A stretch of DNA of 64,000 nt, taken from the IMG/VR virus record IMGVR_UViG_3300045988_168232, positions 32,001 to 96,000 of that record; one strand, given 5' to 3'. The notes below the pieces were generated by a model. The model ran no database searches. It was not told the origin of the DNA and was given only the letters and a program-made list of their open reading frames with translations. Of the stretch, positions 36,683 to 45,199 are shown piece by piece. Each line of letters starts with the position of its first letter. Positions within the stretch are counted from its first letter, which is position 1. Both the position numbers and the translations under genes were made by a program. This DNA is from a virus.

Positions 36683-38608
36683 ATGAACAATAATAATATT
36701 GTCAAAATAGGAACCGCCCTTAAATGGCGCAATACATTTGATATTACAAAAAAATATTATCAAGAAAACGTAGTCACTGTATGTGGTTGCGTATTTCGAT
36801 GTAAAGTGTTGCAGGCGCAAGGTAAAACACCGGTTCACATAGCAGATGATGCAGGGCATCTTGCTTTTGCTAATACAGATGTTTGGGATGTAATTGTTGA
36901 TATGGTGTATTATTACAATTTCGCCATTGATACTAATAATCTCACAAAAGAAACATTAGAGTATATTAAAAAATTAGATGCTGAATGGCAGAAGCAACAG
37001 AAAGAAATTGAAGCGATTCAAAAAGATAACAAGAAACAATGGGAACGCATAATTGAAATTGAAAAATTAAATGCTGAACAACAACGTGAAATCAATTCTG
37101 TTCTAGACACATATAGTTGCTTTAGTGAAGGTATTTGGTTTGATACATTGCTTTGGAACAATGACTTGTTATGGAATAACAACAAGTATGCAATTACAGA
37201 TAATCTCCAAAATCAAATTGATGAACTTTCAAATCGTCATAGAGAGGACATTGAACAAATCAATTCAGATATTGAAGAGATTAATGCGCATATGGCTCAG
37301 CACGAGGAGGAACAGCGTCAAATTAATAATTATCTGTTGGAACAGAATGATAATTGGAATAATTCTATAAGCTGCTTTAGTGAAGGTATATGGGAGAATT
37401 TGTTGCATTGGGGCAATCTGTCTTTATGGGACAACAATAAATTTTCTATTACAGAGGATTTGCAAAGTCAGATTGATGATATTGTAAAACAGCATGATGA
37501 TGACATAAAGAATACAATCAGTCGTTTTGAAGAAGATGAATTGTTGATAAATGAGCATGATGCACAGTTAGTGGATTTGCTGGAGCGATTTTGTTGCTTC
37601 AATAATGGCCAATGGGATAACGAATTAAAATGGAATAATGCAACTGTATGGGAAAATTCAAATATGATGTGCAACACATTTAAAAATGTGTTGGATAAAA
37701 TAGATGAACATGATACGAGCATAGCAAATCTCATTGATGAACATGAAATTATTTATAAAAGTATTGATCGTTTAGAAGAGGAGATTGCCAATAATAAAAC
37801 AGCAAATAAAGAGCAACAGAAACAAATAGATGATCTTCTTAGAATTCATTCAGTCATAAACAATGGCTTTTGGGATAACAGTTTGCTTTGGACCAATGAA
37901 TCGGAATGGACCAATCAAACGCCCGTTGACCAATTAATTGAAGTGGTTGTCCAGAATACAAATGATATTGCTCAAAATAAAAAAGAGCTGGATGACTTAA
38001 ATGCGGATGCAGAAGAATTGGAAAAGAGTGTGGCGAGGTCTGAGAATAACATCAAGACTATCAACACGCAATTAGAAGAAATCTCAAAAGGACAAACTGT
38101 TCAGAATGAGAAAATTGCACAGATTGGATCACACTTCTGTTGTTTCGCAGATGGAATATGGGGAGATTGGTTTTTGTGGCATAATGATGATATATGGGCT
38201 AACAATGTAAATAATCATGAAAGCCGAATTTCTGAGATGGAGATGCAGTTTGCCAGCATGATGAATACGCTTGTAATCCAGCAGAAACAACTTACGGAGC
38301 AGATGGAAGAGCTTGATAGGCAGAAGGCTCTTCTTAATACCATAATGGTTTGTTTGTCTGTAATCAGTGTCGGCGCATGGAACAACGATCTATTATGGTA
38401 TAATGAAGCTAGATGGTCAAATGGTAATTTCTCGGAAAATGACAAGTTGACAATACAATCTTATGATAAAAATAGCGGGACAATAATATTGAATCCTGTT
38501 GCATACTATTATAATGAGATGGAACAATCTCTCGAATTCAAGGATGTGGGGTATTCTTATGACAAACCTACAGAAACCTTGGATTTTGACGTATTAAGTA
38601 AACCCTAA
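36683..38608 (+). CDS. tail fibre protein with six Trp-rich knots alternating with coiled coils
   Basis: 641 aa. Six copies of C-[FI]-x-x-G-x-W-x-[ND]-x-L-x-W-x-N-x-x-x-W-x-N, separated by Gln/Glu/Asn-rich heptad segments. Confidence 0.6.
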   Translation: MNNNNIVKIGTALKWRNTFDITKKYYQENVVTVCGCVFRCKVLQAQGKTPVHIADDAGHLAFANTDVWDVIVDMVYYYNFAIDTNNLTKETLEYIKKLDAEWQKQQKEIEAIQKDNKKQWERIIEIEKLNAEQQREINSVLDTYSCFSEGIWFDTLLWNNDLLWNNNKYAITDNLQNQIDELSNRHREDIEQINSDIEEINAHMAQHEEEQRQINNYLLEQNDNWNNSISCFSEGIWENLLHWGNLSLWDNNKFSITEDLQSQIDDIVKQHDDDIKNTISRFEEDELLINEHDAQLVDLLERFCCFNNGQWDNELKWNNATVWENSNMMCNTFKNVLDKIDEHDTSIANLIDEHEIIYKSIDRLEEEIANNKTANKEQQKQIDDLLRIHSVINNGFWDNSLLWTNESEWTNQTPVDQLIEVVVQNTNDIAQNKKELDDLNADAEELEKSVARSENNIKTINTQLEEISKGQTVQNEKIAQIGSHFCCFADGIWGDWFLWHNDDIWANNVNNHESRISEMEMQFASMMNTLVIQQKQLTEQMEELDRQKALLNTIMVCLSVISVGAWNNDLLWYNEARWSNGNFSENDKLTIQSYDKNSGTIILNPVAYYYNEMEQSLEFKDVGYSYDKPTETLDFDVLSKP

Positions 38609-38664
38609 ATGTGGAGGGGTAAAGATCCACAACTATATATTAACTGCTTAATTTAATAGAAAAC

Positions 38665-39399
38665 ATGGCAGATTTAAATGTAACTCGTTTTATCATTGAC
38701 GGTAAAACATTCGCAATTCCAGGTGCAGGTGCCGCACAAGCAGGTTTGATGTCGGCTGAAGACTTCAAAAAATTATCAGGCGTTGCAGCCGGTGCACAGG
38801 TCAATGTAATTGAAAGCGTGAAAATCAATGGTGTTGCTTTAGAAGTAGCCTCAAAGATTGTGGATATCCTGATCACTTCCGGTACTAAAAATGGTACTGT
38901 CAAAGTGAATGGTGTTGATGTAGAAGTAAAAGGACTGGCAGCATTGGCTTACAAGTCTCAAATTACTGAAACTGAATTGGCAGAAGCCTTGAAGCAAGTC
39001 ATTAATGCAAAGGCTGAACAGAGTGAGGTTGACACTTTGAATGAAAAAATTGATGTCTTGAATGGCGCAGGCGAAGGCTCTGTAAACAAAGCTGTAACAG
39101 ATGCGATCAATAAATTTGCGACTGATGTTACCGATGATGACGTTGTAAATTCATTTAAGGAATTGGTTGATTGGGCTGCTTCACATGGATCTGAGGCAAG
39201 TGAGATAGTTGCTTCCGTTGAAGAACTAAAATTAAATAAGGTTGATAAGATGGTTGGATATGGTCTTTCAAAGAACGACTTCACTGATGATTTAAAAGAC
39301 AAACTGAATGGTATCGCAGCCAAGGCGACAGCTAATACCTATAGTTACGATGAAGGCACCCAGACTTTGACTCTGACTGGTTTTACAGTAGCTCAATAA
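38665..39399 (+). CDS. tail fibre protein
   Basis: 244 aa. The N-terminus FIIDGKTFAIPGAGAAQAGLMSAEDFKKL is typical of phage fibre N-termini, and the centre is coiled coil. Confidence 0.5.
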   Translation: MADLNVTRFIIDGKTFAIPGAGAAQAGLMSAEDFKKLSGVAAGAQVNVIESVKINGVALEVASKIVDILITSGTKNGTVKVNGVDVEVKGLAALAYKSQITETELAEALKQVINAKAEQSEVDTLNEKIDVLNGAGEGSVNKAVTDAINKFATDVTDDDVVNSFKELVDWAASHGSEASEIVASVEELKLNKVDKMVGYGLSKNDFTDDLKDKLNGIAAKATANTYSYDEGTQTLTLTGFTVAQ

Positions 39400-39423
39400 T
39401 TCATATCCTAAAGCTAAATCCCA

Positions 39424-39882
39424 ATGGCAGACAACGATGTATTCAAAACACTAAAAATAGGAGGCAAAAGTTTTGGCGTGAAACCTTGTTGGGAACAACT
39501 TGGAATCACAAAAGACTATATGCTTGCTCTGTTAAACCGTGATGAATATACTCCCGTTGCGACCAAACAACCATCATATACAGATACACTTTATACTGAC
39601 CCGGTAAGTGGAAATCCAGCAGGGTTTCATGCCGGACAGTGTGTGGTATATCCAGATTACGATATTCCGGACGGATGGGGGCTTTCAATAGCCAAATACG
39701 TCCTTTACGATGATCAGGGAATTCCTACAAAAGTATTTTGGTATCATGCGACAGACATTGAAAAACACATTGCTTCATTAGAGGAAAATGTCACAAAGAC
39801 TTTTTATGGATGTCTTGGTACTGGATTGTGGGTAAATGAATTTCCATGGCAAAATGATGCTGTTTGGAACAATGGTATTTAA
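39424..39882 (+). CDS. hypothetical fibre-module protein ending in one Trp-rich motif
   Basis: C-terminus is CLGTGLWVNEFPWQNDAVWNNGI. Confidence 0.45.
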   Translation: MADNDVFKTLKIGGKSFGVKPCWEQLGITKDYMLALLNRDEYTPVATKQPSYTDTLYTDPVSGNPAGFHAGQCVVYPDYDIPDGWGLSIAKYVLYDDQGIPTKVFWYHATDIEKHIASLEENVTKTFYGCLGTGLWVNEFPWQNDAVWNNGI

Positions 39883-39944
39883 AGTTTTTGTTTAACGAGA
39901 CTATTATATATTGATTAAATATTTAAATCAAAAAATCAAGTAAT

Positions 39945-40751
39945 ATGGCAACAGAAATTACAATGGAAACCGACTGGGGAGCGAAAGGCGCTCAGTTGAC
40001 TGGAGCACAGGTTCAAGCGTTCATAAAAGAACAATTGAAGTCTTTGCATGAAAAGGACACTTCACTTCAGAATCAAATTAACAATTCAGAGCCTCGGTTG
40101 CAGGCTGCAACAGATGGCTGTTTTGTCACTTATCATCGTAAAAGTGACAATTGGCCTTTAGCTGTTCCATATTGGAAATGGCCGGATTTGGAAAAAGCAG
40201 GAGAAAAAGCTGATGGAGTACTTGTATTGATTGACGGACAAGCACCTATTATTGTTTCTCCAACTGGTACTCAGCTTAAATGGTCCAAGAATGCTGTAGC
40301 TGTTAATACTAATGTTGGTAGCGATTACAGTAAAGCTTATGTCGATTACACTGGTAAAACTCGGACCGCTGCTATCATAGCAAAAGGTACAGAATTGTTT
40401 GGTGATAATAAAAGTGAATGGAATCAGTATGCGCCGGCGTGGTGTAATGCTTATGACCGTTCCTATGATAAGGGCGATGAAGCACATACTAAAATCGGTA
40501 TTGGCGCAGGACAATGGTGGTTGCCATCTATTGCAGAGTTGATCATCATCTGGAAACACAAGTATGCAATCAATCAATGTCTCTCAGTCATTTCGGGCGC
40601 CAGCCCGCTTGTTGAGAGTTGGCATTGGAGTTCTACTGAGCACTCGGCGACGTACGCTTGGTACTTGAACCTGTACGACGGCAACCTCGGCAGCTGGTAC
40701 ACTAAGGTGTCGCTCAGCGGCTATGTGCGTGCCGTGGCAGCATTTCATTAA
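39945..40751 (+). CDS. DGR target (variable) protein with a C-type-lectin-fold / DUF1566-like C-terminus
   Basis: 268 aa. The C-terminus WWLPSIAEL...WHWSSTEHSATYAWYLNLYDGNLGSWYTKVSLSGYVRAVAAFH contains the VR. Confidence 0.9.
   Translation: MATEITMETDWGAKGAQLTGAQVQAFIKEQLKSLHEKDTSLQNQINNSEPRLQAATDGCFVTYHRKSDNWPLAVPYWKWPDLEKAGEKADGVLVLIDGQAPIIVSPTGTQLKWSKNAVAVNTNVGSDYSKAYVDYTGKTRTAAIIAKGTELFGDNKSEWNQYAPAWCNAYDRSYDKGDEAHTKIGIGAGQWWLPSIAELIIIWKHKYAINQCLSVISGASPLVESWHWSSTEHSATYAWYLNLYDGNLGSWYTKVSLSGYVRAVAAFH
40635..40746 (+). repeat. DGR variable repeat (VR)
   Basis: 112 bp aligned to 41513-41624 at a constant offset of 878. There are 12 mismatches, all at TR adenines, and 9 of 11 TR AAC codons are altered. 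Confidence 0.93.
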
Positions 40752-40759
40752 CCCTTTAT

Positions 40760-40828
40760 CCCTTCAACCCTTTAACTCTTCGGAGCGAAGCGACGTGCGA
40801 GCAACGCGAGCATAAAAGGGTTGAAGGG
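40760..40828 (+). promoter_or_regulatory. 14-bp-stem hairpin 14 nt downstream of the VR
   Basis: cccttcaacccttt (40760-40773) pairs perfectly with aaagggttgaaggg (40815-40828). An inner hairpin cttcg-gag-cgaag lies at 40777-40789. Confidence 0.6.
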
Positions 40829-41012
40829 GTAGTATATATTCAACTTATCACAAGAGACGTCGCCTTTTGGAAGGTTCAGTATGGTTCCAACCTCTTGTAT
40901 AAAATGAGTATATATGGAATGTTAAATCAAGGGTTGGTAATTTGATGATAATCAGTGTTTTGTAGTTAAGAGAATTGATGAAAGCAGTGTTTAAATAAAA
41001 AGAGAAGTTGTT

Positions 41013-41393
41013 ATGGCTTTATCCAACGAATTACCGGTTTATATAGATACATATCATTACATTCAAGCAGTACTCGATACTCACAAAAATTTCCCAAGAG
41101 ATATCAAACATACAGTTGGGCAGGAATGGATTAGAAGAGTAATTACGCTCCCTACTTTTATAGTACGGGCAAATATGTTCAAAAGTGAACGTGAAGCGTA
41201 TCTTACTGATTTCATTTGTGAATTTGAGTTCTGCAAATTGATAGTTCGTTTAGCTGGTGAAAATCATTGGATAAGCCGTAAGCAACAATCTCACCTTATG
41301 TATTTGGAGGCGGCTGTCGGCAAACAAGTGACAGCATGGAAGAACGCATCAAAAGCAAAATATCGGAAACGTATTAATGAAGCCGAAAAATAG
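41013..41393 (+). CDS. avd: DGR accessory variability determinant (Avd, four-helix-bundle family)
   Basis: 126 aa and basic. N-terminal LPVY, FPRDIKHTVGQ and C-terminal GKQVTAWKN resemble Avd / 23S-rRNA-IVS proteins. Sits between VR and TR. Confidence 0.8.
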   Translation: MALSNELPVYIDTYHYIQAVLDTHKNFPRDIKHTVGQEWIRRVITLPTFIVRANMFKSEREAYLTDFICEFEFCKLIVRLAGENHWISRKQQSHLMYLEAAVGKQVTAWKNASKAKYRKRINEAEK

Positions 41394-41512
41394 TAATTGA
41401 TGCAACGCACGGAGTATGGAAGTTTACGGATGACCATAGAGTTTGCGCTTCCGTGAGAAATGGGGGTACTACTGCCATTATGTAGTTAAGGATAAGAAAA
41501 TGTACCCGATAC

Positions 41513-41624
41513 ACTGAGAACTCGGCGACGAACGCTTGGAACTTGAACCTGAACGACGGCAACCTCAACAACTGGAACACTAAGGTGTCGAACAGCAACT
41601 ATGTGCGTGCCGTGGCAGCATTTC
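41513..41624 (+). repeat. DGR template repeat (TR), non-coding RNA template
   Basis: In the VR frame it reads TENSATNAWNLNLNDGNLNNWNTKVSNSNYVRAVAAF, with 11 AAC codons. It ends 71 nt upstream of the RT start codon. Confidence 0.93.
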
Positions 41625-41695
41625 TCCGAAAGGTAATTTTGCGAATAAGTAATTGTAGTACAATATAAAATAAGTATTATCACATTAGTGCTGAT

Positions 41696-43027
41696 ATGGT
41701 GACGTATGAGGATTTGGTAGAGGCCTATTATGATTGTCGTGTACATAAGTCGCGGACAAACAACTGCATTAAGTTTACTCTTGATGTAGAGGGTAATCTA
41801 TATGATATGATGCAAGCCATCAACAATAGAACCTACCAGCCTAAACGCTCCATTTGCTTTGTCGTTAGTCGCCCCAAATACCGTGAGGTGTTCGCTGCTG
41901 ATTTTGCAGACCGAATCGTGCATCATTACATCAGGTTACGGTTAGAACCGATTATTGAGCAAAAATTTAATGATAGGACATTTAATTGTAGAAACGGAAA
42001 AGGCACATTGGCTGGAGTTACACAGTTGAAGCACGATATGATTGAATGTTCTCATAATTATACAACAGACTGTTATGTAGCAACAGTGGACATCAACAGT
42101 TTCTTTATGTCTATCCCTAAAAAACTTGTTGAAAATTTAGTTATTCAACTTGTGAAGGACAAATATGATGGCGATGACAAAGAGGACTTAATTTATTTAT
42201 GCCACGTTGTATTAAGCCATAGCCCGGAGGACAATTGCATCAAACATTCATCAGACGAAATGTGGACGCATCTACCGTCCAGCAAATCATTGTTTACTAA
42301 CGGAAAGGGGCTGGGTATGCCAATTGGTAATCTGCCATCTCAGATGTTTGCTAATTACTTATTAAATGAAGTTGATTGGGCTATTGAAACGGATTGTGGT
42401 ATTAAATATCACGGACGCTATGTGGATGATATTTATCTTGTTGCAGAAACAAAAGAACAAATCCTAAACGCCATTCCAATCATCAGGACACGCTTGGAAT
42501 CATTAGGGCTTAAATTATCTCCAAATAAATTTTATATACAACATTACAGCAAAGGTATAGATTTTACCGGTGCTATAGTAAAACCTGGAAGGGTCTATCC
42601 TTTGAATCGGACTGTCACTTCATTCAGACACAGTATTGACAGACTCAACCAGTGTAAAACCAAATCTCAGATAATAAAAGCATTGTATTCCGTAAATAGC
42701 TATTTAGGGCTAATGAGACAATATAATAGCTATGCTATCAGATATAATGCCCTACATGAAATAGATAAAAGATTGTATAAATGGATATATATTAAAGGCA
42801 ATATGGAAGTAGTTGCCCTGAAAAGAAAATATCATCCTAAAACACGTATAAATTATAGATTATCACATGGGCTTAATCACAAATTGTCATTACCAAGACC
42901 TATAGCTGATTTTGAAGAAAGAGAAGATAGAACAAAATATATCAGACTATTGGCTGAGTACACTTCAGTCGATATTTTCCCAATAAGTGAACTTAAAGAG
43001 AGAGCAAGACTATTATCTAATATATAA
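41696..43027 (+). CDS. DGR reverse transcriptase
   Basis: 443 aa. Carries YVDD (GRYVDDIYLV), the DGR-typical IGNLPSQ motif and FADRIVHH. Confidence 0.93.
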   Translation: MVTYEDLVEAYYDCRVHKSRTNNCIKFTLDVEGNLYDMMQAINNRTYQPKRSICFVVSRPKYREVFAADFADRIVHHYIRLRLEPIIEQKFNDRTFNCRNGKGTLAGVTQLKHDMIECSHNYTTDCYVATVDINSFFMSIPKKLVENLVIQLVKDKYDGDDKEDLIYLCHVVLSHSPEDNCIKHSSDEMWTHLPSSKSLFTNGKGLGMPIGNLPSQMFANYLLNEVDWAIETDCGIKYHGRYVDDIYLVAETKEQILNAIPIIRTRLESLGLKLSPNKFYIQHYSKGIDFTGAIVKPGRVYPLNRTVTSFRHSIDRLNQCKTKSQIIKALYSVNSYLGLMRQYNSYAIRYNALHEIDKRLYKWIYIKGNMEVVALKRKYHPKTRINYRLSHGLNHKLSLPRPIADFEEREDRTKYIRLLAEYTSVDIFPISELKERARLLSNI

Positions 43028-43056
43028 CATAAGTTTAATTTTAAAATTGTTGAGAC

Positions 43057-43449
43057 ATGAGTGAAATTAAAAATGTCAATGAAATTGACGAACTTAACGG
43101 GTCTGAAATTTTAACCCCGGAGCAGATTGCAGAAATTGAAGCTCAAAAAGATCAAGAACTGTTTGGCGATAATGTCAAAAAAATTGGTGGATGTGCCGTA
43201 GTGACCGTTGACAACGAAGTTATTGCTGTAGAGATGCCGTTTACTTATCCGCAGCTTGTGACGGCGATTGTGCGACATAAATATGGCTCAGACCAAACCG
43301 AAGCCATTCTTGCCAATATTATTTCAACACAGACGATGCAAGTGTCAGAGGAAAAGGCAGATGAATATCTGAATGAGTACACCACATACAACAACTGGCG
43401 AAACAAGGCAAAAAGTATTGCAAAGGAAGTTCTTGGAGTAGAAGAGTAA
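43057..43449 (+). CDS. hypothetical protein
   Basis: 130 aa and acidic. Last gene before a terminator. Confidence 0.5.
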   Translation: MSEIKNVNEIDELNGSEILTPEQIAEIEAQKDQELFGDNVKKIGGCAVVTVDNEVIAVEMPFTYPQLVTAIVRHKYGSDQTEAILANIISTQTMQVSEEKADEYLNEYTTYNNWRNKAKSIAKEVLGVEE

Positions 43450-43465
43450 CAATCTCTTGATAGAA

Positions 43466-43504
43466 AGCCGCCCTTGGGTGAATGTATCCTTGGGCGGCTT
43501 TTTA
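43466..43504 (+). terminator. rho-independent terminator
   Basis: Stem agccgccc/gggcggct followed by TTTTTAT. Confidence 0.6.
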
Positions 43505-43580
43505 TAGGCAGATGATAAGTTTCAAGGTATAATTCATAAAAAATAAGGCGATGAACTATTATTAATAAAAACGAATACGA

Positions 43581-44252
43581 ATGTTACAATATAAGGTCAG
43601 AAGCGGACAAAACATATATGATGTTGCTCTAACTCTCTATGGTAGTGTAGAGGGAATTTTTGACTTGCTTGTAAGCAATGAAGGGCTAAACATGGATACA
43701 AAGTTATCCTATGGCATGATACTCAATTACCATGAAGAGTTTGCAATAAATAAAGACATTGTTATATGGTTAAAAGACAACAATATACTGGTAAAGAATG
43801 GGGAGCATGTACATAATTATCTTGATATAGAAAAACTTATAAAATCACATATCCAAACTTATCATCAGGACATATACGATGAGTTACAGCTTATGTCTCC
43901 GGACGAACAAGATATGTATTGGGAATCCTTATACATGCCTCGGATGGTAATCCAGCAACAAGGACAATTGTCATCTATCAAATTAAAATTGAAGCCTCAA
44001 AAACACCTAATTGTTGATTGGGGGGATTACACACAACCACTTATCGTGGAAATTAATGAAGAACATGAAATTGAACATTGCTATAAAGGAAATGGGCAAC
44101 ACACTATTACATTATATGGAGATTTTGAATTTGAATTGTTCGATTTAAAAGAAGTAAATGGCGTGTACTATCCACTTGGAACCATTTATGCCGATACATT
44201 TATATCAGAATTGGATATTGAGGATTCAAAAAAACTGATAATAACACAATGA
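43581..44252 (+). CDS. hypothetical virion protein (LysM-like N-terminus?)
   Basis: YKVRSGQNIYDVALTLYGSVEGIFDLL resembles LysM. Its stop overlaps the next start. Confidence 0.4.
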   Translation: MLQYKVRSGQNIYDVALTLYGSVEGIFDLLVSNEGLNMDTKLSYGMILNYHEEFAINKDIVIWLKDNNILVKNGEHVHNYLDIEKLIKSHIQTYHQDIYDELQLMSPDEQDMYWESLYMPRMVIQQQGQLSSIKLKLKPQKHLIVDWGDYTQPLIVEINEEHEIEHCYKGNGQHTITLYGDFEFELFDLKEVNGVYYPLGTIYADTFISELDIEDSKKLIITQ

Positions 44253-45199
44253 GAAGCGTGAGTCAAATCTATTCAGAAGCTGTTGCTACAAGAAACAATT
44301 ACTTGCAGTTGACAGAACTAAATACTGGGAGAAGTAACAGTAAACTCAGCATGATTAACCTGCTAACGTATGTAGTAGCTGTTTGTATTCATACTTATGA
44401 AGCAATATTAGACTTGTTTCAGGTTAAATTAGTCGAGGTTCTTGATGGTAGAATTAACGGAACTCCAGATTGGTATGCTATCATAGCTAAAAAATTTCAA
44501 TATAATGACACTACAGAGACAGGCGACCAATTGATTTTCAATGAAAACACTATGAAGCTTGAATATGCCGATGTAAATATGTCTCATAGAATAATTGAAA
44601 AAGCTGCATGGCAAAATGATGAAAATGGAACATCCCTAATACTTAAAGTATGTAAGGCAAATGACAATTCAAATGAAATCAATAATGGAATACCATATAT
44701 GCCATTGAATGACCATGAATTGACCGCATTCAGAATGTTTATTCAACAAATAAAATTTGTCGGAGCAGACATTTATTGTGAAAGTTCACCAGGTGATATT
44801 GTGACTATTGTTGCAGACAAATACAATCCCATATTTTATAATGATAGTTATGTTACCGCTGCACAAGCACTTACAAATCTACAACAAGCCATGATAGATT
44901 TTGCCAATGAAATGGAATTTAACGGAATGTTTTACTATCAGTCTGCATTAGACGTGATAAGAAAGACAGAGCACATCACTGATATTGGCAATAACATCAA
45001 AATTTATGTAAGTTCATACAATAGCGAAGACCGAAAATATAATGAGCCGGTTGAATTGGTTGGACGAATAAAACTGAAAAGTGGTTATATTCGACTACTT
45101 GATACAGATTCAGCAATAACAGTCAATAGTGATAACTTAACATTGGTTCCGGCTTCAAAAATGGACCAGTATTTTGAATCATTGAATCCTGAGAAATGA
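44249..45199 (+). CDS. hypothetical virion protein
   Basis: 316 aa, with ATGA start/stop overlaps on both sides. Confidence 0.45.
   Translation: MRSVSQIYSEAVATRNNYLQLTELNTGRSNSKLSMINLLTYVVAVCIHTYEAILDLFQVKLVEVLDGRINGTPDWYAIIAKKFQYNDTTETGDQLIFNENTMKLEYADVNMSHRIIEKAAWQNDENGTSLILKVCKANDNSNEINNGIPYMPLNDHELTAFRMFIQQIKFVGADIYCESSPGDIVTIVADKYNPIFYNDSYVTAAQALTNLQQAMIDFANEMEFNGMFYYQSALDVIRKTEHITDIGNNIKIYVSSYNSEDRKYNEPVELVGRIKLKSGYIRLLDTDSAITVNSDNLTLVPASKMDQYFESLNPEK

Larger units (their letters stand above)
39945..43027 (+). mobile_element. diversity-generating retroelement cassette (target/VR - avd - TR - RT)
   Basis: All four canonical components are present in canonical order, and the VR/TR mismatches are adenine-specific. 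Confidence 0.92.

Noticed and set aside
40963-41490. tgtagttaag occurs at 40963-40972 and 41481-41490, with a similar atgtagttaagag at about 11735
   Set aside because: There are only three copies of a 10-mer in AT-rich DNA, with no consistent spacing to genes or to VR/TR. This is insufficient to call a functional site.
41374-41746. Two minus-strand ORFs (74 and 86 aa) covering the DGR template repeat
   Set aside because: The region is explained by the non-coding TR and the spacer upstream of the RT. The ORFs are antisense, overlap each other and have no coding context.
41696-43027. The reverse transcriptase as a retron, group II intron or Abi-type defence RT
   Set aside because: The adjacent TR/VR pair with adenine-only mismatches, the Avd gene and the IGxxxSQ motif all point to a DGR RT. 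No intron-like structured RNA, maturase/endonuclease domains or msr/msd-like inverted repeats were seen.
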